A stretch of 64,000 nucleotides of DNA, from positions 248,001 to 312,000 of the forward strand of contig JAAOMT010000630.1 of the NCBI GenBank assembly GCA_016748015.1, written 5' to 3'. Under the pieces are notes generated by a model that saw only the letters and a list, made by a program, of their open reading frames with translations, searched no databases and was not told the origin of the DNA. Numbering within the stretch: the stretch's first letter is position 1; each line of letters starts with the position of its first letter. A program made the position numbers and the translations under genes. Positions 39,801-53,931 of this stretch are shown piece by piece. The DNA comes from Geosiphon pyriformis uo1 (taxonomy: Eukaryota; Fungi; Glomeromycota).

Positions 39801-41400
39801 ACTCTCCAGATCAACCACGCAATCCCAAATTAGCGCGCTCTGTCTCGCGGCGTCGTGGAGTCATAGAATCCTGGGTGGTAAGGCCATCGGCAGAAGATGT
39901 CCTTGAAAATTTGGCTGAATATTTCCCAGGTCATGACGTTGACAAAGAAATCTTGGAAGCACATGGGACTATAGTTAATCCCCCAAGTTCATCGACCGGC
40001 AACCGGAAATTAAATCGAGGAAAATCTATTCGCCTTGCAGCTGAACAACTTGTTGAACGTGAACGGGGAAATAAAATGGTCACTGCAGCTAAAGCTATTC
40101 AAGCTACTTATAAATTACGGAGGAAACCCACTAAAATAGGGGCGAATCGTACTAAACAAATTCGACCTGAACACTCTTTACACATTACCCAAAATTCTCA
40201 AGGGAGTTATGAAGGAAATTCTGGAGAGGCTGTTAGTAAATTTAATCAAGAAAAAGAAGGTGACATTTTTTCATTGAGTCCTAAAAAAAACTAAATTTTA
40301 TTTTCCTATTTTCACTTATACTTTTGCATTAAAGTAGCCAAGATAGCATGGGTGAAAGGTGAACTCCTTGGTAAAGGTACTTTCGGAAAAGTTTATCTTG
40401 GCATAAACATGTCGACTTCAGAAATGATCGCGGTGAAGCAGATAGAGCTTCCAAAGACAAGATCTGATTTATTCAGTGACAGACAAGAAAAACTGGTTAA
40501 ATCCTTTTACGATGAAAGGCACCTACTTGAGGAACTTGAACATGAGCACATAGTTCAATATTTGGGCTATGAAAGGACTGTGGATGTTCTCAATATTTTT
40601 CTTGAATATGTCACAGGTGGCTCAATTGGAACATGCCTTCGAATTAATGGCAAATTTAAAGAATCTGTCGTGAGATCTTTTACGCGACAGATTCTTCTCG
40701 GATTGGAATATTTGCATGAAAAATTTATCGTACATCGGGACATAAAAGCTGACAATATACTTGTCAGTGAAGAGGGATGCTGCAAAATTTCAGACTTTGG
40801 GATATCAAAGAAAAATGAACAAGCACTGGCATATGTTAATATGTCAAATATGTCTTTTCAAGGTACCATTTTCTGGATGGCACCCGAGGTATTTACAAAT
40901 ACTGAGGGATATAGCGCAAAAGTTGATATATGGAGCCTGGGATGTGTCGTAATCGAAATGTTTACCGGTAATCGACCTTGGGCTGATTTCCACGAACTGG
41001 CAGCTATGTATAAATTGGGGAGTGAAAAAAAAGCGCCTCCAATACCTAATGAGTCGCAGATATCACCTGAAGCCAAGGATTTTCTCGAAAATTGCTTTAT
41101 TATGTAGGTGGTTTTTCTCCGTCTGTTTATATACTTATAGAATTGCTTTTAACATAAACAATATTCATTTCATATCATTTTAATTTTTAGAGATCCTGAG
41201 CAAAGACCAACAGCAAAGCAGCTATTAAACCATAAATTTGCTGAGGAAGACCCGAATTTTCACCTAGAGGTAAATAGATTCAACGACAACGACCTTTCTA
41301 TCTTGATAATATCTCACCATATATTCTTCCCCTTTAGAAATATATTAAAGTGCCCCAAATAGTCCCATCAAAGTCTACACAGAACGAATCACCTTCCTAA
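36863..41400 (+). CDS. BCK1: MAP kinase kinase kinase, Bck1/Mkh1-like (SAM-like N-terminus, C-terminal STE11-family kinase)
   Basis: Motifs 'WTLDKVLKWL', 'WVVRPSAEDVLENLAEYFPGHDVDK' (Bck1-type), kinase 'GELLGKGTFGKV', 'AVKQIELP', 'HRDIKADN', 'KISDFG', 'GTIFWMAPE', 'GYSAKVDIWSLG'. Confidence 0.85.
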
Positions 41401-42389
41401 ATTTTTCCTATGGATCTTTTCTTGGTCTTTTGATAGAAAATTCCGTTTCAAAGTATTGGCATTTTCATTTCCTTAGGGTTTTCAATTGTAAAGTCTTGTC
41501 TATTTTGTAGACAACTCAGACTTCAATTATAATTTATATGTACATATTTCGTTTCCTTCTTGTATACGTTTTTTGTTCCAATCGTATTCACGATGCTAAA
41601 AATATTACACCTATTTTTATCATAATAGTTTTTTCAATAAAACCACGAGATCTTGATTTTTTTTTAAAGCTGTCTAGCCGAGGTTTTATTAAATTTTGGG
41701 TTAGTTATCCTTACAACACAATTTCAAAAGCGAATCGCTCTTATTTCCCTCTCCACCTAATCGCGTCACACTTATTTACTCATGGAATTAATAGCTTTGG
41801 TTTTGATAACCGTTTTTTTAAACGCATTCCTCTGGTTGACGATTTATACTTGAATGCCTGGCTTTCTTTAAAAAAAACGAGCTCCCTCATCAACAAGTGT
41901 AATTATTACTCCAGCATAGTCCATATTAAGGGATTCTTTTGTTTTCATGAGCTGTACCATCGTTGAAATTAGTGTGGATTGAAGACAATGAGGCTTGCAT
42001 TATGCCAATCTTGATGTTTAATTCATTTTCCATCACGACAAATATCCTGGACTATGATCAAAAATGCCTGAATTATTGTATTTTAATAGAATTATTATAT
42101 AGAAATGGGTTTATTAATATTATAGAAACACAGGCACTCAGCAAAAATCGAAATTTGATTTCTCAAATTGAAGGAATTAGAATTTTAAACCGTTGATTGA
42201 AACCCTATTAATCGAGCTCTGACTTTGACGATTTAAAACCTGATCTGTTTTAAAATTTTATCACATTGCTTTTCATTCGTAGCTCTGTGATTACGATTAA
42301 TATTCTTATGCTTATTGCCTAAGAAAAAAGATCCTGCTTCTTTTCGTTTTAATATTATAATCTGATATATAAGGGAAGACTTCCGGTTG

Positions 42390-43567
42390 CTACTTGGATT
42401 GAACATTTCCTAGCGTAGATGCAACTTTTGTTGCCTCTTGTATAGTTCTTGCTAACGTGGATCTAATTTTTCCATCTTCCATTGTAAGCAATCCTGCGAT
42501 GGTACATCCCGCTGGGGTTGTCACGCTATCTTTGATTTCGGCAGGATGCTTTCCAGTTTGCAGAACCATACGAGCAGCTCCTTGTAGGGCTGTAAAGGCA
42601 AAACACGTAAGAGGAATAAAATAAAAATTTTCGAATTCTAACAAATACCTTGGGCTGCTAGTTCTAGAGCAACATCGCGTGGAAGCCCCATCATGACCCC
42701 CCCATCAGCGAGAGCTTCTAATACAACACTGAAAGATATTTGGCGGTGATAAAATAATCATGTGTTCACAATCAAGGCCGAATTGAATCGAAAGAGTGAA
42801 CTAACCAAGCGAAAGCTGGTCCACTCCCTGATAGGCCAGTGACTGCATCCAAATGTTTCTCATCTAAAAATCGTGATCTACCTAAGGCAGAGAAAACCCA
42901 AGATGCAAACGCCTTTTCCTCGGTGCCAATGCTAGTCTGACAACTCAAAACTGTCATACCTTCACGGACCTGGTGAAATATTATATAAGCAGGGTCACAA
43001 ATATGCTTAAATGTATCAAGAGACAATCACATACCCTGCAACAAGTATTGGGCATGGCCCGTATGATTTTGGTGGATCCAGGTAACCATTCTTTAAGCTG
43101 TTCTATTTGAACACCTGCCAAGATGCTAATAAGCAATTTGTTCTCCAAAGCTTTGAACATTCCATCTTCAGTCAAAATATTCTTAGCAGTTTGAGGCTTC
43201 GAGCTGTTTCGACGCATTATTGATAAGAAATCTTAGCGTACATATAAAGTAAAAAACAATTGAAGCTGAATTATTTCTTAAAAAAACCGCAGCTACGATG
43301 AACCAACCATAATAAGATGACCGTTGCTTGGGCTGCACCCTCAACATTCTTTCCGGTAAAGATTTTGAGACGAGCGTCATCAAAAACCCGGGCAAGTCGT
43401 TGGGCAGATTCTTCTTGCGAAACGCAAGCAATAAATTCGCGTGGGGCGAATGAAGTTTCGGAATTTGAGGACTCGTAGTCTCTAATACTGTCTATAATGC
43501 CTGACAGTATAGCAACGCCCATAGTACCACACCCAAGAACACATACAGTTGGATTGTTCAAACTCAT
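42390..43567 (-). CDS. PRO3: Pyrroline-5-carboxylate reductase
   Basis: Motifs 'LGCGTMG', 'LISILAGV', 'RAMPNT', 'TGLSGSGPAF', 'EALADGGV', 'VTTPAGCTIAGL'. Confidence 0.95.
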
Positions 43568-43719
43568 ACTATCTTCTAAATTGCGTGTTAAGAAGGACCC
43601 TAATACCAGAAATTTTTATTATGCATATATATAGCCAATAGCGTGTCCCAACTTAAATCATAAGACTTGATCATCGCTATAAATAACGCGCGAGTTGAAA
43701 TCAATCAACTTTTAGAAAA

Positions 43720-44837
43720 ATGGATTCCTCTCCTTCACAAACACCTCCTTCCCAACGTAAAGTCCCTGCTGGTTCGTCTTCCAATAAGAAGCGCCCTAAA
43801 ATGCAGAAATCGCTTTCAACTCCCGGAGGTGTGAACGCTAGCTTGACTACGGGCAGAGGTGGGAGAGGATCAAGAGGAAGCGGACGTGGTGGAGGCAGAG
43901 GTAGCCGTGGAGGAACAGGTCGCAAATCATCCAATCCACGAAAATCCTCCCTACAAACAACAAGCGTACTCCCAGAACAAGCCTCAGGGTCAAATTCAGC
44001 AGCGGCAACTCCTGCTCCCACCATTCCAAGCATACCGTCCACTCCTCGGGATTTTTCCGTACCGCCTACTCCACGTGGAGAATATTTTGAATTTCAAACG
44101 ACCACCAGTCCAGAAAATGCTCTCCTCGAAGAAAAAGAAAAGTCCGGAAAGGAGGAAGCAGATGATGAAGAGGAGGAGCATGATGAGTTCGCTATCGATC
44201 TTGATTTACACATGCAGGCACAACTTAAGAGATCCAAAGAAGAGCTAAGGTAGGGAAAACGTTTTTTAAAAGCTTCTTATTAATATATTAGAAGGAAGAG
44301 AAGATGGTCTGGTGGAGAAATGTTCTTGTTCTATAATCGTTTTTTTCATCGGTGAAGGAATGTCAACATTCCTTTCATAGGGCTTTATTAGAAAATTTTT
44401 CTGAAGAACAATTGCAACGATATGAAGTGTATCGACGCTCTTCTTTGAGTAAACCAAACGTTAAAAGGGTATGTATTTAATTCAAGGTTTCATTGTGGAA
44501 ACAGCTCAAACTCATATTTATTTCATCAGTTGGTCGGTCAAGTGCTCAATCAACCTTGTTCACCAACAATGGCATTTGTGATCGCCGGATTTACAAAAGT
44601 TTACATTGGGGAGATCATTGAATTAGGTATAATTGTTTCAAAAGTTAGGGCATTTAATTTATACCTCAAATTAGAATCTGACTTTTTAGTTCCTTTTTAG
44701 CTCGAGAAGTGCAAAAAGATTGGAATCAATCGGGAGCTCTCACTCCAGAACAACTTCAAGAGGCTAACAGAAGATATAAAAAAGAAAGTGGAATGGTATT
44801 AAACCATTATCAAAAACGATTGTTCCGAAATCAATGA
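43720..44837 (+). CDS. TAF11: TFIID subunit 11 (hTAFII28 histone-fold)
   Basis: Spliced 'LLENFSEEQLQRYEVYRRSSLSKPNVKRLV...IAGFTKVYIGEIIELAREVQ...LTPEQLQEANRR'. Confidence 0.93.
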
Positions 44838-45062
44838 AGTAGAAAATTTAGACTTTGGTATTTTGTCTGTTTTATTCTAAAAGAAAATAAAAAGAGCGAT
44901 AGTCAAGTAATGAAAGAATGCCCGAGTATTCTAGAGCTAAAAAAATATAGAAAACTAAGGTAGATATGCTGGTCATTAAAGATTTAATATTAAGGCAGAA
45001 TCGCAGATAGTGTTGATGTGAAAGAATCGCTTGAAGTAATAAGCTTTTTCTCGATCTAAAGT

Positions 45063-48000
45063 TTACAATCGTTTCAACACAGACCAAGCCCGCGAAGCCC
45101 GATTTTCAAATTCTCTTTTTTCACAACTTTCAACTTGATCGTTGTGTTCGTAACCAAGATCTTCACATTCCTCAGCACCACCCACAAGTTGAGACAGTGC
45201 ATGGAACTGCTTCATAATTTCACTTCGCGGTTTTGCAATATCATTAAACCCCTCAACTTTGGAAAGTCGCCGCATATAAAGCAGCCATTGTTGAACACCT
45301 GGTTTCATACGTGTCTCGATGTCTAGAGTTTCAGGTAATTTTATATCCTTTTTATCCGCCACGAGTTCCTCCATTATTTTCCAGCCAAAAATTCTCGCCT
45401 CCAAAACCATCCACCCAACACAGAATTCGGCCAGATCATGAATTTCACGTTCGATTTTATTAATTTCGTAATCTTTATCATCAGGGAACACAGACACTTC
45501 AGGTATAGTTTTCTCCTCTTTATTTCGTCGAGTGATGGCTGCGATGGTTTTTTCGGCGCATCGAACAGAGGCCTCCACCTTCCCATACATCATCAACGTA
45601 TAAGAGAACAATCCCAATGCAATCACTTGTTTGTTATTATTAGTATCACTCTTTGGATAGTGTTCCTTAAGATAGTTGACGAGTTTTTCGCCTAAAAGAT
45701 TATTTCCAGTTGAGAAGGCCTTAACTGCACAACCAACCAAAGCGTACCAATGTGTCAACGAAGTGAAATTTGTAACATTGAGGAGCTCGTCAAAAGAGAA
45801 AGACTGGCGATTTTTGGTCTTCTTTTTTCCATGACGCATCGAAATAAAGTTGGAATATGCATCTTTAAGGTGGAACAGGGCTTGGGCATCGGAGATGTGA
45901 TTAAGTGGGATTGTGCCAGTCACTATATCCTCAAAGGTTTCTTTTGCGACTTTATTTTTTCGAAGAGCTTGTTCGGCAATCCGATTTACAACCCCTCGCC
46001 AAATATTACTTTTTTGATCACAATTCAGTGCAATCTCGAGCCATTTTTCCTCTGAATTATTGCGCTCGTTTTGGGCACGCTGCCAAAAATGAGAAGCTAA
46101 CTTTTCAGCAATAAAATCAATTGATTGGAAACCAATAAATAATTGTATTGCTGCATCTGCATAAATACGTGATGTACTAAGGTATGTGGAATTATAGGTA
46201 GATTGACAGGTTTCTAAAAGATTAATCGAGCGAAGGCACGTGTATAAAATTGAGAGTCGAGACACCTTATCATTGCCTTTATTAGGCAAAGACAAAGACT
46301 TTTCGTTAGAAACGGAGGTCATTCGATTCCAAACTCTGAATTAAAAACCCCCCCCCCCCAAAAAAAATTTTTTTTTTAAATGCTCACCGCCACTTAATTC
46401 CACTTCCCCTAATCTGCTCCATAGTCCAACTTCAGTAGGTCTGTATTCGATATCATGAATGACCGAACGACTAGAAATATCCCATCCAATGAATCTCCTA
46501 ATGAGAAGCTTGAAGCATTCAGTCAAAATACCGATAATTTGGTTAAATAAATTTGAGGGAATTGGCGATGCAAGCTTATGAAGCGAACGATAAAGTTCTT
46601 TTGCACTCTTATTCTTAGAGGCCAAGACTGAAGCAATAACCTGGGTGGATTTGTAACCACAGGATTTATTGTAGAAAAACGAAGGTCTTAATATATAGGT
46701 GAAGCACAATAGGAAGGTAAAAATTCGTATAAGGTACCTGTTTATTATAATGGGTAGGGCAATTCAATTAGGAGTTCGAAAAGAGGAGCATTTGGTAAAA
46801 ATACAGAGAACAAAATAAGTACCATAGATCGATGGCAAGTGTTCCATCATTTGTAGAGAAACTATTTTTTAAAGAATTGGGACTCTCTTGTATAACATTA
46901 TCATTTGAATAGCTCATAGCACGACCCTCATGTTTATGAGGGCCAATAGAGTGATCCGCACTAACTCCAGAATTTCCATATTCTGATGGTGGTGCAAAGA
47001 AGGTAATGCACATGAACAATGCCATCAATGCTCTAGAACCAGTATTTCCATTTGGTGGAGTGGGAGGATCAAGCGAATTTTCTGAATCTTCCAAGGGAGG
47101 ACCTGAGCAATAATCACTACCCTCATTGGATGAATGGGAATCGGACTCGTTTTTTGGGACGGTACGTGTACCCAGGTACGTATTATAAAGTTCAATACCA
47201 CCAGGTAGTTGTGCAATTATTTTTTTCAAAATTTCATTTTGATCCTTGAATTCTTGATTGTTCTTTTTCAAATGAATTATATACTCTGTAGCTTTTCGGA
47301 GAATGGTTGCTTTATTCAATTTGGTAGCGGCAGGAATACCATCAACTTCGTCATCCTCGTCCTCGTCTTTATTGTCTTTACTTTTCAAATGGCATAAAGC
47401 GGGTACCACATTCTTAAGATCATTAATGCGATCATTGATATTATTTCGATAACGACGTTCAATCGCATTATGGGCAACTTTTTTTTGCTGCTTATTAGGT
47501 TGTGATTGCGAATTATTGCTCGGCTGCGATCCCACTGGCTTAAGTCGATTTATAGGAAGTTTATTGAGAGTACTTATTATTGGAGGGTTCGGTGATTCAT
47601 CACGTGTTATTGATACAACGGGAAGGTTAGAGAGTTGTAAGACTCGATCTATGGGTAGAAGGCAAGTCAATGCATAATATGGATTCGTTAAACTGTAGAT
47701 CAATTTTGAAATTTTCAATAAGAAAAATCAAAGCTTATACCCATTAGCCCATTTTGTAAATCGGCATTATTCAAACCCGTAAAAAAATTCGAGTTCGAGG
47801 GTGAGAGCGTTTGTGTTTGGCCAGGCCACACTCCTTGACCAAAGGTTGAAAAAGCAGTTGTGTTAAAGTTAGATGGAACTTCGCTCGGTGAACTTGGCAG
47901 AAAAATGCCTTGAGTGTCAGTAAGAGGAGTTGTTGAATCTAGACCTAATAAAGGAGCCCTCAGTGTTTGTACATAAGTATTTACAGCAGAAGTAAGATCA

Positions 48001-48665
48001 ACGGGTTCATCTTTGGTACACTGCTTCTTTTTAGAAGTGATTCCAGCAGGGCTATTAATTAAATTTTTGTAAGCATTGGCGTTATTAGATGCCTTGCGCT
48101 TTTTAATTTTATATCTATTGTCTTGATTCGCAAAGAGATGGTTTTCGTCAACTGTTTGACATTTATTTGAAGTCTCTGCTTGTTGAGCCATGGCAGCTGC
48201 TATATCCATTTTGTTTGGTAATAATTGATCAAATGAATCATCAAAGCCAGAAAAATCATTTAATTCATCCCCGGTTGTGTATGAGTGAGGCGAGTTAATT
48301 AATGACTGAGATAAAGCTATTGTATCTAGGGGACTCAACGCAAACAAATCAGGGGCGAAAAGGGCAGCATGTTCAGGTGAAGAAACTGACTCATTTTCAA
48401 TTTTCCATTGCAGATTTGAATAGTTCGTAAAATCATTTTGTTGGGAGGAGTTTCCCAAGTTAGTCGTATTTGCGGCGATTAGTGCTTGTAATTGAGCCTC
48501 AAACCCAGCGTTCGTGATGTTGGAAGAAGCGGGACTCGAACTTTCAAGAAGCGAAGAATTTGTAAGGTTGTCAAAATAGGTTTGGCACATTAAGTCTTGT
48601 AGGTCATCGTTTGTGATCGACTGCATTGGGAGTGTGTTGAGTGTAGAATTACTTTCGTCCATCAT
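45063..48665 (-). CDS. SREBP-family membrane-tethered bHLH transcription factor (Sre1/SrbA-like)
   Basis: bHLH 'HNAIERRYRNNINDRI' carries the SREBP-diagnostic Tyr, followed by 'KLNKATILRKATEYI', two TM segments and a long C-terminal regulatory domain. Confidence 0.9.
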
Positions 48666-48866
48666 GATATTTACAAATTGCGAAAAATTATCCCGTATTT
48701 TACAAAATATCAAAGTTTTAAATAGGTTGATTTTAATGTTAAAAATTAATTTTTTGGCAGGGTAGACATTAAATAATTAGTGAAATCGTTATCATTTGTT
48801 GGTTAGAGGAAAAGAGTAGCGGAACTAAGAACCAATCGAAGGTATAGTGCAAGACACTTAAAGACT

Positions 48867-48882
48867 AAAATCACGTGATTTT
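48867..48882. promoter_or_regulatory. Perfect 16-bp palindrome AAAATCACGTGATTTT (SREBP-type E-box) upstream of the SREBP gene
   Basis: Lies ~200 bp upstream of the ATG, with CCAAT at 48832 and a related site AAAATCACGC at 48937. Confidence 0.6.
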
Positions 48883-49631
48883 TCCCCATTTTTGAGGGTA
48901 GAATATATATTAGGCGGTTTTATGCTATTTTCCGGGAAAATCACGCAACTTCATGCTAATTATTGTGATTGTGATTTGTTCTGACTCGTATTTTGGCATT
49001 TTTTGTTTGCATGATAATTTAATTTGGGTAATTTGGCTGAAATCTTAAAAATAAAATTGGAAAATGTATAGTACTATTTTTTTTGTTAAAATATTATATT
49101 TATTTTAATGATTTTAAAATGATTTTATAATTACATACATATATATATTTATATTTTAATATTTTTAAAAAAATTAAAAAAAAAGCAATTAAATTATTAT
49201 AAATTAAAGAAAGATGTTTTTTTATGATGTTATAAAAACCAATATTTTTTGCTTTTGCCAAATTAAGAAATTACATTTATCAACAAAGTGTGGATTTATA
49301 TATTCAAAAACTAAATATGTCTTATTATAAATACAGCTTATGCATTTTTTATATTTAAATTTATATTAAAATTACATTAAGCTAAAACAATCCGTTTTCT
49401 TGCAAGTCAGTATGAGTCGAAAACGTTTGTGCATTATTAAGGAGAAAGGTATTATTATAAACAAATCATTGTTAGAATGACTCACCTAATCAATCATTTG
49501 CTCTTTTCACTTAATATAGACTTTGTGTTACCTTTTAAAACCTATCAAAAGGAACATGGAACGCAGCCAAAAGAAAATAATTTTTTTCTTGTCTTCTCTT
49601 TAAAAATTTCAACAGATCAGCTGGCGACAAG

Positions 49632-52095
49632 ATGTCCTCCACTACTTATCGAACTCGAAAATCTTCTCCACAGAGTAGTGGGTTTCCTACCCCGGCACAA
49701 AGTCGTGAGACTTCTTCTGAAAGAGGCTCAACTGTAAGTGATACAGCTCGTCAAAGACAGTCAAAGAAGGATGAGGTAATTTAGAAACCAACATCCTAAA
49801 CTATTGACGGTCTTTGGAGTTTTTACCACTGATCTATCTTAGGGTGCTTTGAACTTACACTTACAATTTTTTACCAACTTTTCTGTAGGCAATACGCAAA
49901 AAAGCCGAACATGACCTCTCAAGCAAAAATAGGCGCTCAAGAAAACCAAGACAATTATCTAACAGTCAAAAAATGGATGGAACAGTTGCCGCCTTGCGAC
50001 CAACTCAAGCTCTTACTGTTCGGGAAAATTTCTTGGTAGAAGAGGCAGCACAGTTCATGGCTGCCAAACGTGCCGACTGTGTCCTCGTTATTGACTCTGA
50101 AGAACACTTATCGGGTATTTTCACAGCCAAAGATCTGGCTTTTCGTGTAGTGGGTGATGGATTAGACGCAAGAACTACCACAGTAGCTAAGATCATGACC
50201 AGAGAGCCAAAATGTGTAAAGCTTGATACGTCGGCTACATTTGCTTTAGAGACGATGGTTGACCGGGGTTTCAGGCATCTTGTATGCTGAGTATTTATAC
50301 TATTAGTTCTTGCGATCTTTAATTATTTGACTAATCATTTCTAACAACATCATCATATCATATTTAAAGCCGATTTGTAACGAAGATGGCGATGTTGTTG
50401 GTCTGCTTGACATTACGAAATGTTTATATGAAGCTCTTGAAAAAATGGAACGTGCATATGGTTCATCAAAAAAGTTATATGATGCACTGGAAGGCGTGGA
50501 AAAAGAATGGTCTAATCAACCGGCTCACATAATACAATATCTTGATATTTTACGTGAAAAGATGTCTTGTCCGGATTTAACAACAGTGTTGGATGAACGA
50601 TCGGTACCTGTTTTCGTCAGTATTCGTACCTCCGTGAGGGATGCAGCCCGCATGATGCGAGAACACCGTACTACAGCTGTTCTAGTAATGGAACATGATG
50701 TGATCGCTGGTATCTTCACTAGTAAAGATATTGTATTAAGAGTCATCGCGGCTGGTCTTGATCCTTCGACTTGCCCTGTGGTCAAAGTAATGACACCACA
50801 TCCTGACACTGCTTCATCAAATACAAGCATCCTTGATGCTTTAAAAAAGATGTATGGTAAAGATCATATTTTTATTAAAAAATTAATTTCCGATATGGAG
50901 TCGAAAGTTTCTATGCACCTTCTCCTTTCAATAGCAAGTTTTGTGCCCTTTGGTGAATTTCTTTTTGCCAAATGATACCATATACAGTCCTTGTTATCCA
51001 AGGGGAGAGATAAGAAAATCATTTCAAAATTTTATTTTTAGAGGAAACAAACTTCAACAGTGCTTTTCTCACTGAATTCTGAACTGACATATTACACCGC
51101 ATTTTCATTGTATTAAGAATAGAATTTTGTTTAATGATCGGTGCTAACAATTATCTTTTTGATCGCTAGACGGTCATTTTCTAAATCTTCCGGTTGTTGA
51201 TAGCGGTCACATTATGGGAATGGTTGACGTGTTAAAACTAACTTATGCAACCATGGAACAGGTAAATAAAAGCCCGAAATTCCTTTAATTTTGGGATTAT
51301 CACTAATGAGTTTACCCTTTTGCTTGTTTACAGATGTATTCCATTCAAGGGCAAGATAATCATGAGTCTAGCGCTGGTCCAATGTGGGGACGATTTTGGA
51401 ATTCTTTGAATAATGAAGATAATGAATCAGCCGTTTCAGATTCTATATCACCCTCACAAAGTGCCTCCAATATACCTCCCCCTTCACCAGCCTCTCATAT
51501 GAGAGGCTCAGGTCACATTTCACCAATCCCCGAAATTCATCCTAGTGAATCTGCATCAGCTATTGATGATAGTGGTTCGATGGCATCTTTTGTCAGAGGA
51601 CATGATGAAAATATGTTCACCTTCAAATTCAAATCACCAGCTGGCAAAACTCATCGATTTACCGTCGATTATCATCATCTCTACGACCTGAGAAACCATG
51701 TTGCCTCAAAGCTTCCGAAGACGATAAAAGCTTTCACGTTAGCTTACGTAGATGATGACAATGATCAGGTTATCATGTCAAGCGATGAAGATGTGATCGA
51801 CGCCGTGAAAATTGCCCAGCGGCAGGGTCTTTCTCGAGTCTTATTGCATGTTAACGAAATTGAGGAAAAGAAATCCAGTTCAAAGTCTCGAGGTAGTCGA
51901 ACACAAAGTGAAGAAGAATATGGGGAAGATGATTCGCAAGACAAGAAAAGTAGGAGGAAGAGACGAACTAAAAATTTTGAACGTCAAATTCCACCACCGC
52001 TGCCAGCTGGAAACGATATTATACTACCTGCGGCGCTCATAACGCTTGGTATCGTCATCGTAGGAGTATTTGCTGTAACAAAATTTGTACGCTAA
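49632..52095 (+). CDS. CBS-CBS-PB1 domain protein with C-terminal TM (Mug70/CBSCBSPB-like)
   Basis: CBS motifs 'LSGIFTAKDLAFRVV', 'GFRHLP', 'GIFTSKDIVLRVIA', 'GHFLNLPVVD'; PB1 'FTFKFK...LAYVDDDNDQV'; C-terminal hydrophobic helix. Confidence 0.92.
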
Positions 52096-52763
52096 TCTTT
52101 TTAAATGGCAGAAATGTCAATATTTTCAGCTTCACAAAAAATCATTTAATCACAAGTGGGAGATTCAAATCGGTTAGAGTATGTTTTTCTCTAGACTGTA
52201 ATATTTATCAAACCTTGAGCCGCCCATTTCTTTCCTATTATATATTTTCTGGATCGCAAAATTTCCCCATTTTATAGATTATGGACATTTTGGAATATTT
52301 CGAACCTTTTGCTTTTCAAAAAGTTTTCCTTCCCAAGTTGTTAACGTCAAAGGCGTCCATTTTCCCTAACATTTATTTATGTTTAGTTTTCAACTATTTT
52401 TCTAGGATTATTATCTTTGTATATTTCTTTTTTGTCTTTAGAAGCAGGAATTTTTATTTCAAAGAACCCTTCATCTTCGCCAATCGATCCTGACACCACA
52501 CCATTTATTCATCATCTTTTTTAAATGCATATTGCACCTCTAAGGCTCATAGAATGGTTGATGATGTTGGGTGGTACAAAAGAAAATTACGAGCTTAATA
52601 TTTTCAAGAGTAATTAATCACTATATCTAGTTCATCGTTTTTATAAACCAAAATTTAGCCATTCAATTTTGTTTAATGCCAGTTAGTAAAATGAATTAGC
52701 CACTTGTATGTATAACAGAATTTGTTACTCTAAACCAAAGTGAAATGTAAACGTCACTCAGTT

Positions 52764-53931
52764 ATGACATTTGTGAAAATATTTCAGACCGCCATAAATA
52801 GTCAACACCTTACCAGAAAGGTCCGTGTCTCTAACGCCAAGCAGAAAGAGGATCTCGAACAAAAGTGGCTCCCCTCTTCTAATTTCTAACACACAAACTT
52901 CTCAGCAATAATATCAGTTCGTGCTCTGTTCTAATTCAGGTAGATGGAGGACTATTTCGCACCTCTTGCTGAGTGCGCCTCGGCGGAGTGAGTGCGTTTC
53001 AGCGAATTAGCTGAATCGGGGAACTGCCTTAACTTCGCGCTGAGGCAACAATCACCTGGTCACTTGCTGCCCGCGGGTCGGGGAAGGTGGGCAAGCGGAG
53101 GCACTCCATCCACTTACCGCTAATATTTTGCTTTTGTGTTTTGTCGTTTCTCTGTTAAAACGTATTACTTACCACGATGTATTCTCATTATTATTAAGGA
53201 GGATGTCAAATCAGTTAGGTCTCTGGCCGTTTTGAAACCCTCAGAAGCAGCTATGGATGGGCTTGACGAAATTTGCCTTTAATACCGTAGTCAGGTGGAA
53301 CAAAAGGCTTTGTGTTATGTTGAAGCAAAATGGCATTACGAAAAAGAAATGGGTGAAGCTTATGATAGTTTAACAAAAACGTCTTCTTTTTGATAATCTT
53401 TTGGCTATCTGGGGGAACAAATGTTTTGTAAAGCTGTTATCCATTTTGGCATGCTCTTACGAGGTTGTTTAGTTTCGGCTCCTGCTAATATTACTGATAA
53501 AAGCATCGATCAGATGCTGACAGCACGAGACGAAATTGTTAAACATAATACATAGGGACAACAAGGCGCGGCAACACATCATATTTCTTTCTTCACTTGG
53601 TATTCCCCTTTAATAGGGTGATTAAAACGGGGTCGATGAGATCGGAAGAATTGTTCCTCCATCCAAGTATATGGATAACCTGATTTCGAAAAAGTTAAAC
53701 TAGCTTTCTGCTCAAAACTTAAAAAACACAAGATCCAGGGATTTGACAAAGCAGTCTCGCACATGCGACGAAGGATTATGCGTCTGCAGTGAAATCCACA
53801 GGGTGACGATTGTATTCTTCACTCGCGGGTTGGACCCAATCGTCATCCTGCCGTTTGAAGTGTCAGACATGAGAAATCGTAAGGGGAAAATACTCTCCTT
53901 GGATACATTAACGTGTTGTCATCCAAAATGA
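52764..53931 (+). pseudogene. Unidentified GC-richer, apparently intron-containing pseudogene
   Basis: Long coding-like frame from ~53200 ('EDVKSVRSLAVLKPSEAAMDGLDEICL*YRSQVEQKALCYVEAKWHYEKEMGEAYD...') broken by scattered stops, with intron-like pyrimidine tracts. Family not recognised. Confidence 0.4.

Noticed and set aside
41538-42196. ORFs or ncRNA (telomerase-template-like CTAACCC) between the MAPKKK and PRO3
   Set aside because: No recognisable protein motif and the template match is too short; probably convergent UTR or intergenic sequence.
46320-46345. Stop-introducing tandem acceptor in the SREBP gene
   Set aside because: A downstream acceptor (CTAATAAAG|GC at ~46277) preserves the frame, so no unusual splicing is needed.
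52960-53100. Group II intron or mitovirus insertion (GTGCG motifs, TGA stops)
   Set aside because: No domain V or RdRp motifs were found, and TAA/TAG stops also interrupt the frames.
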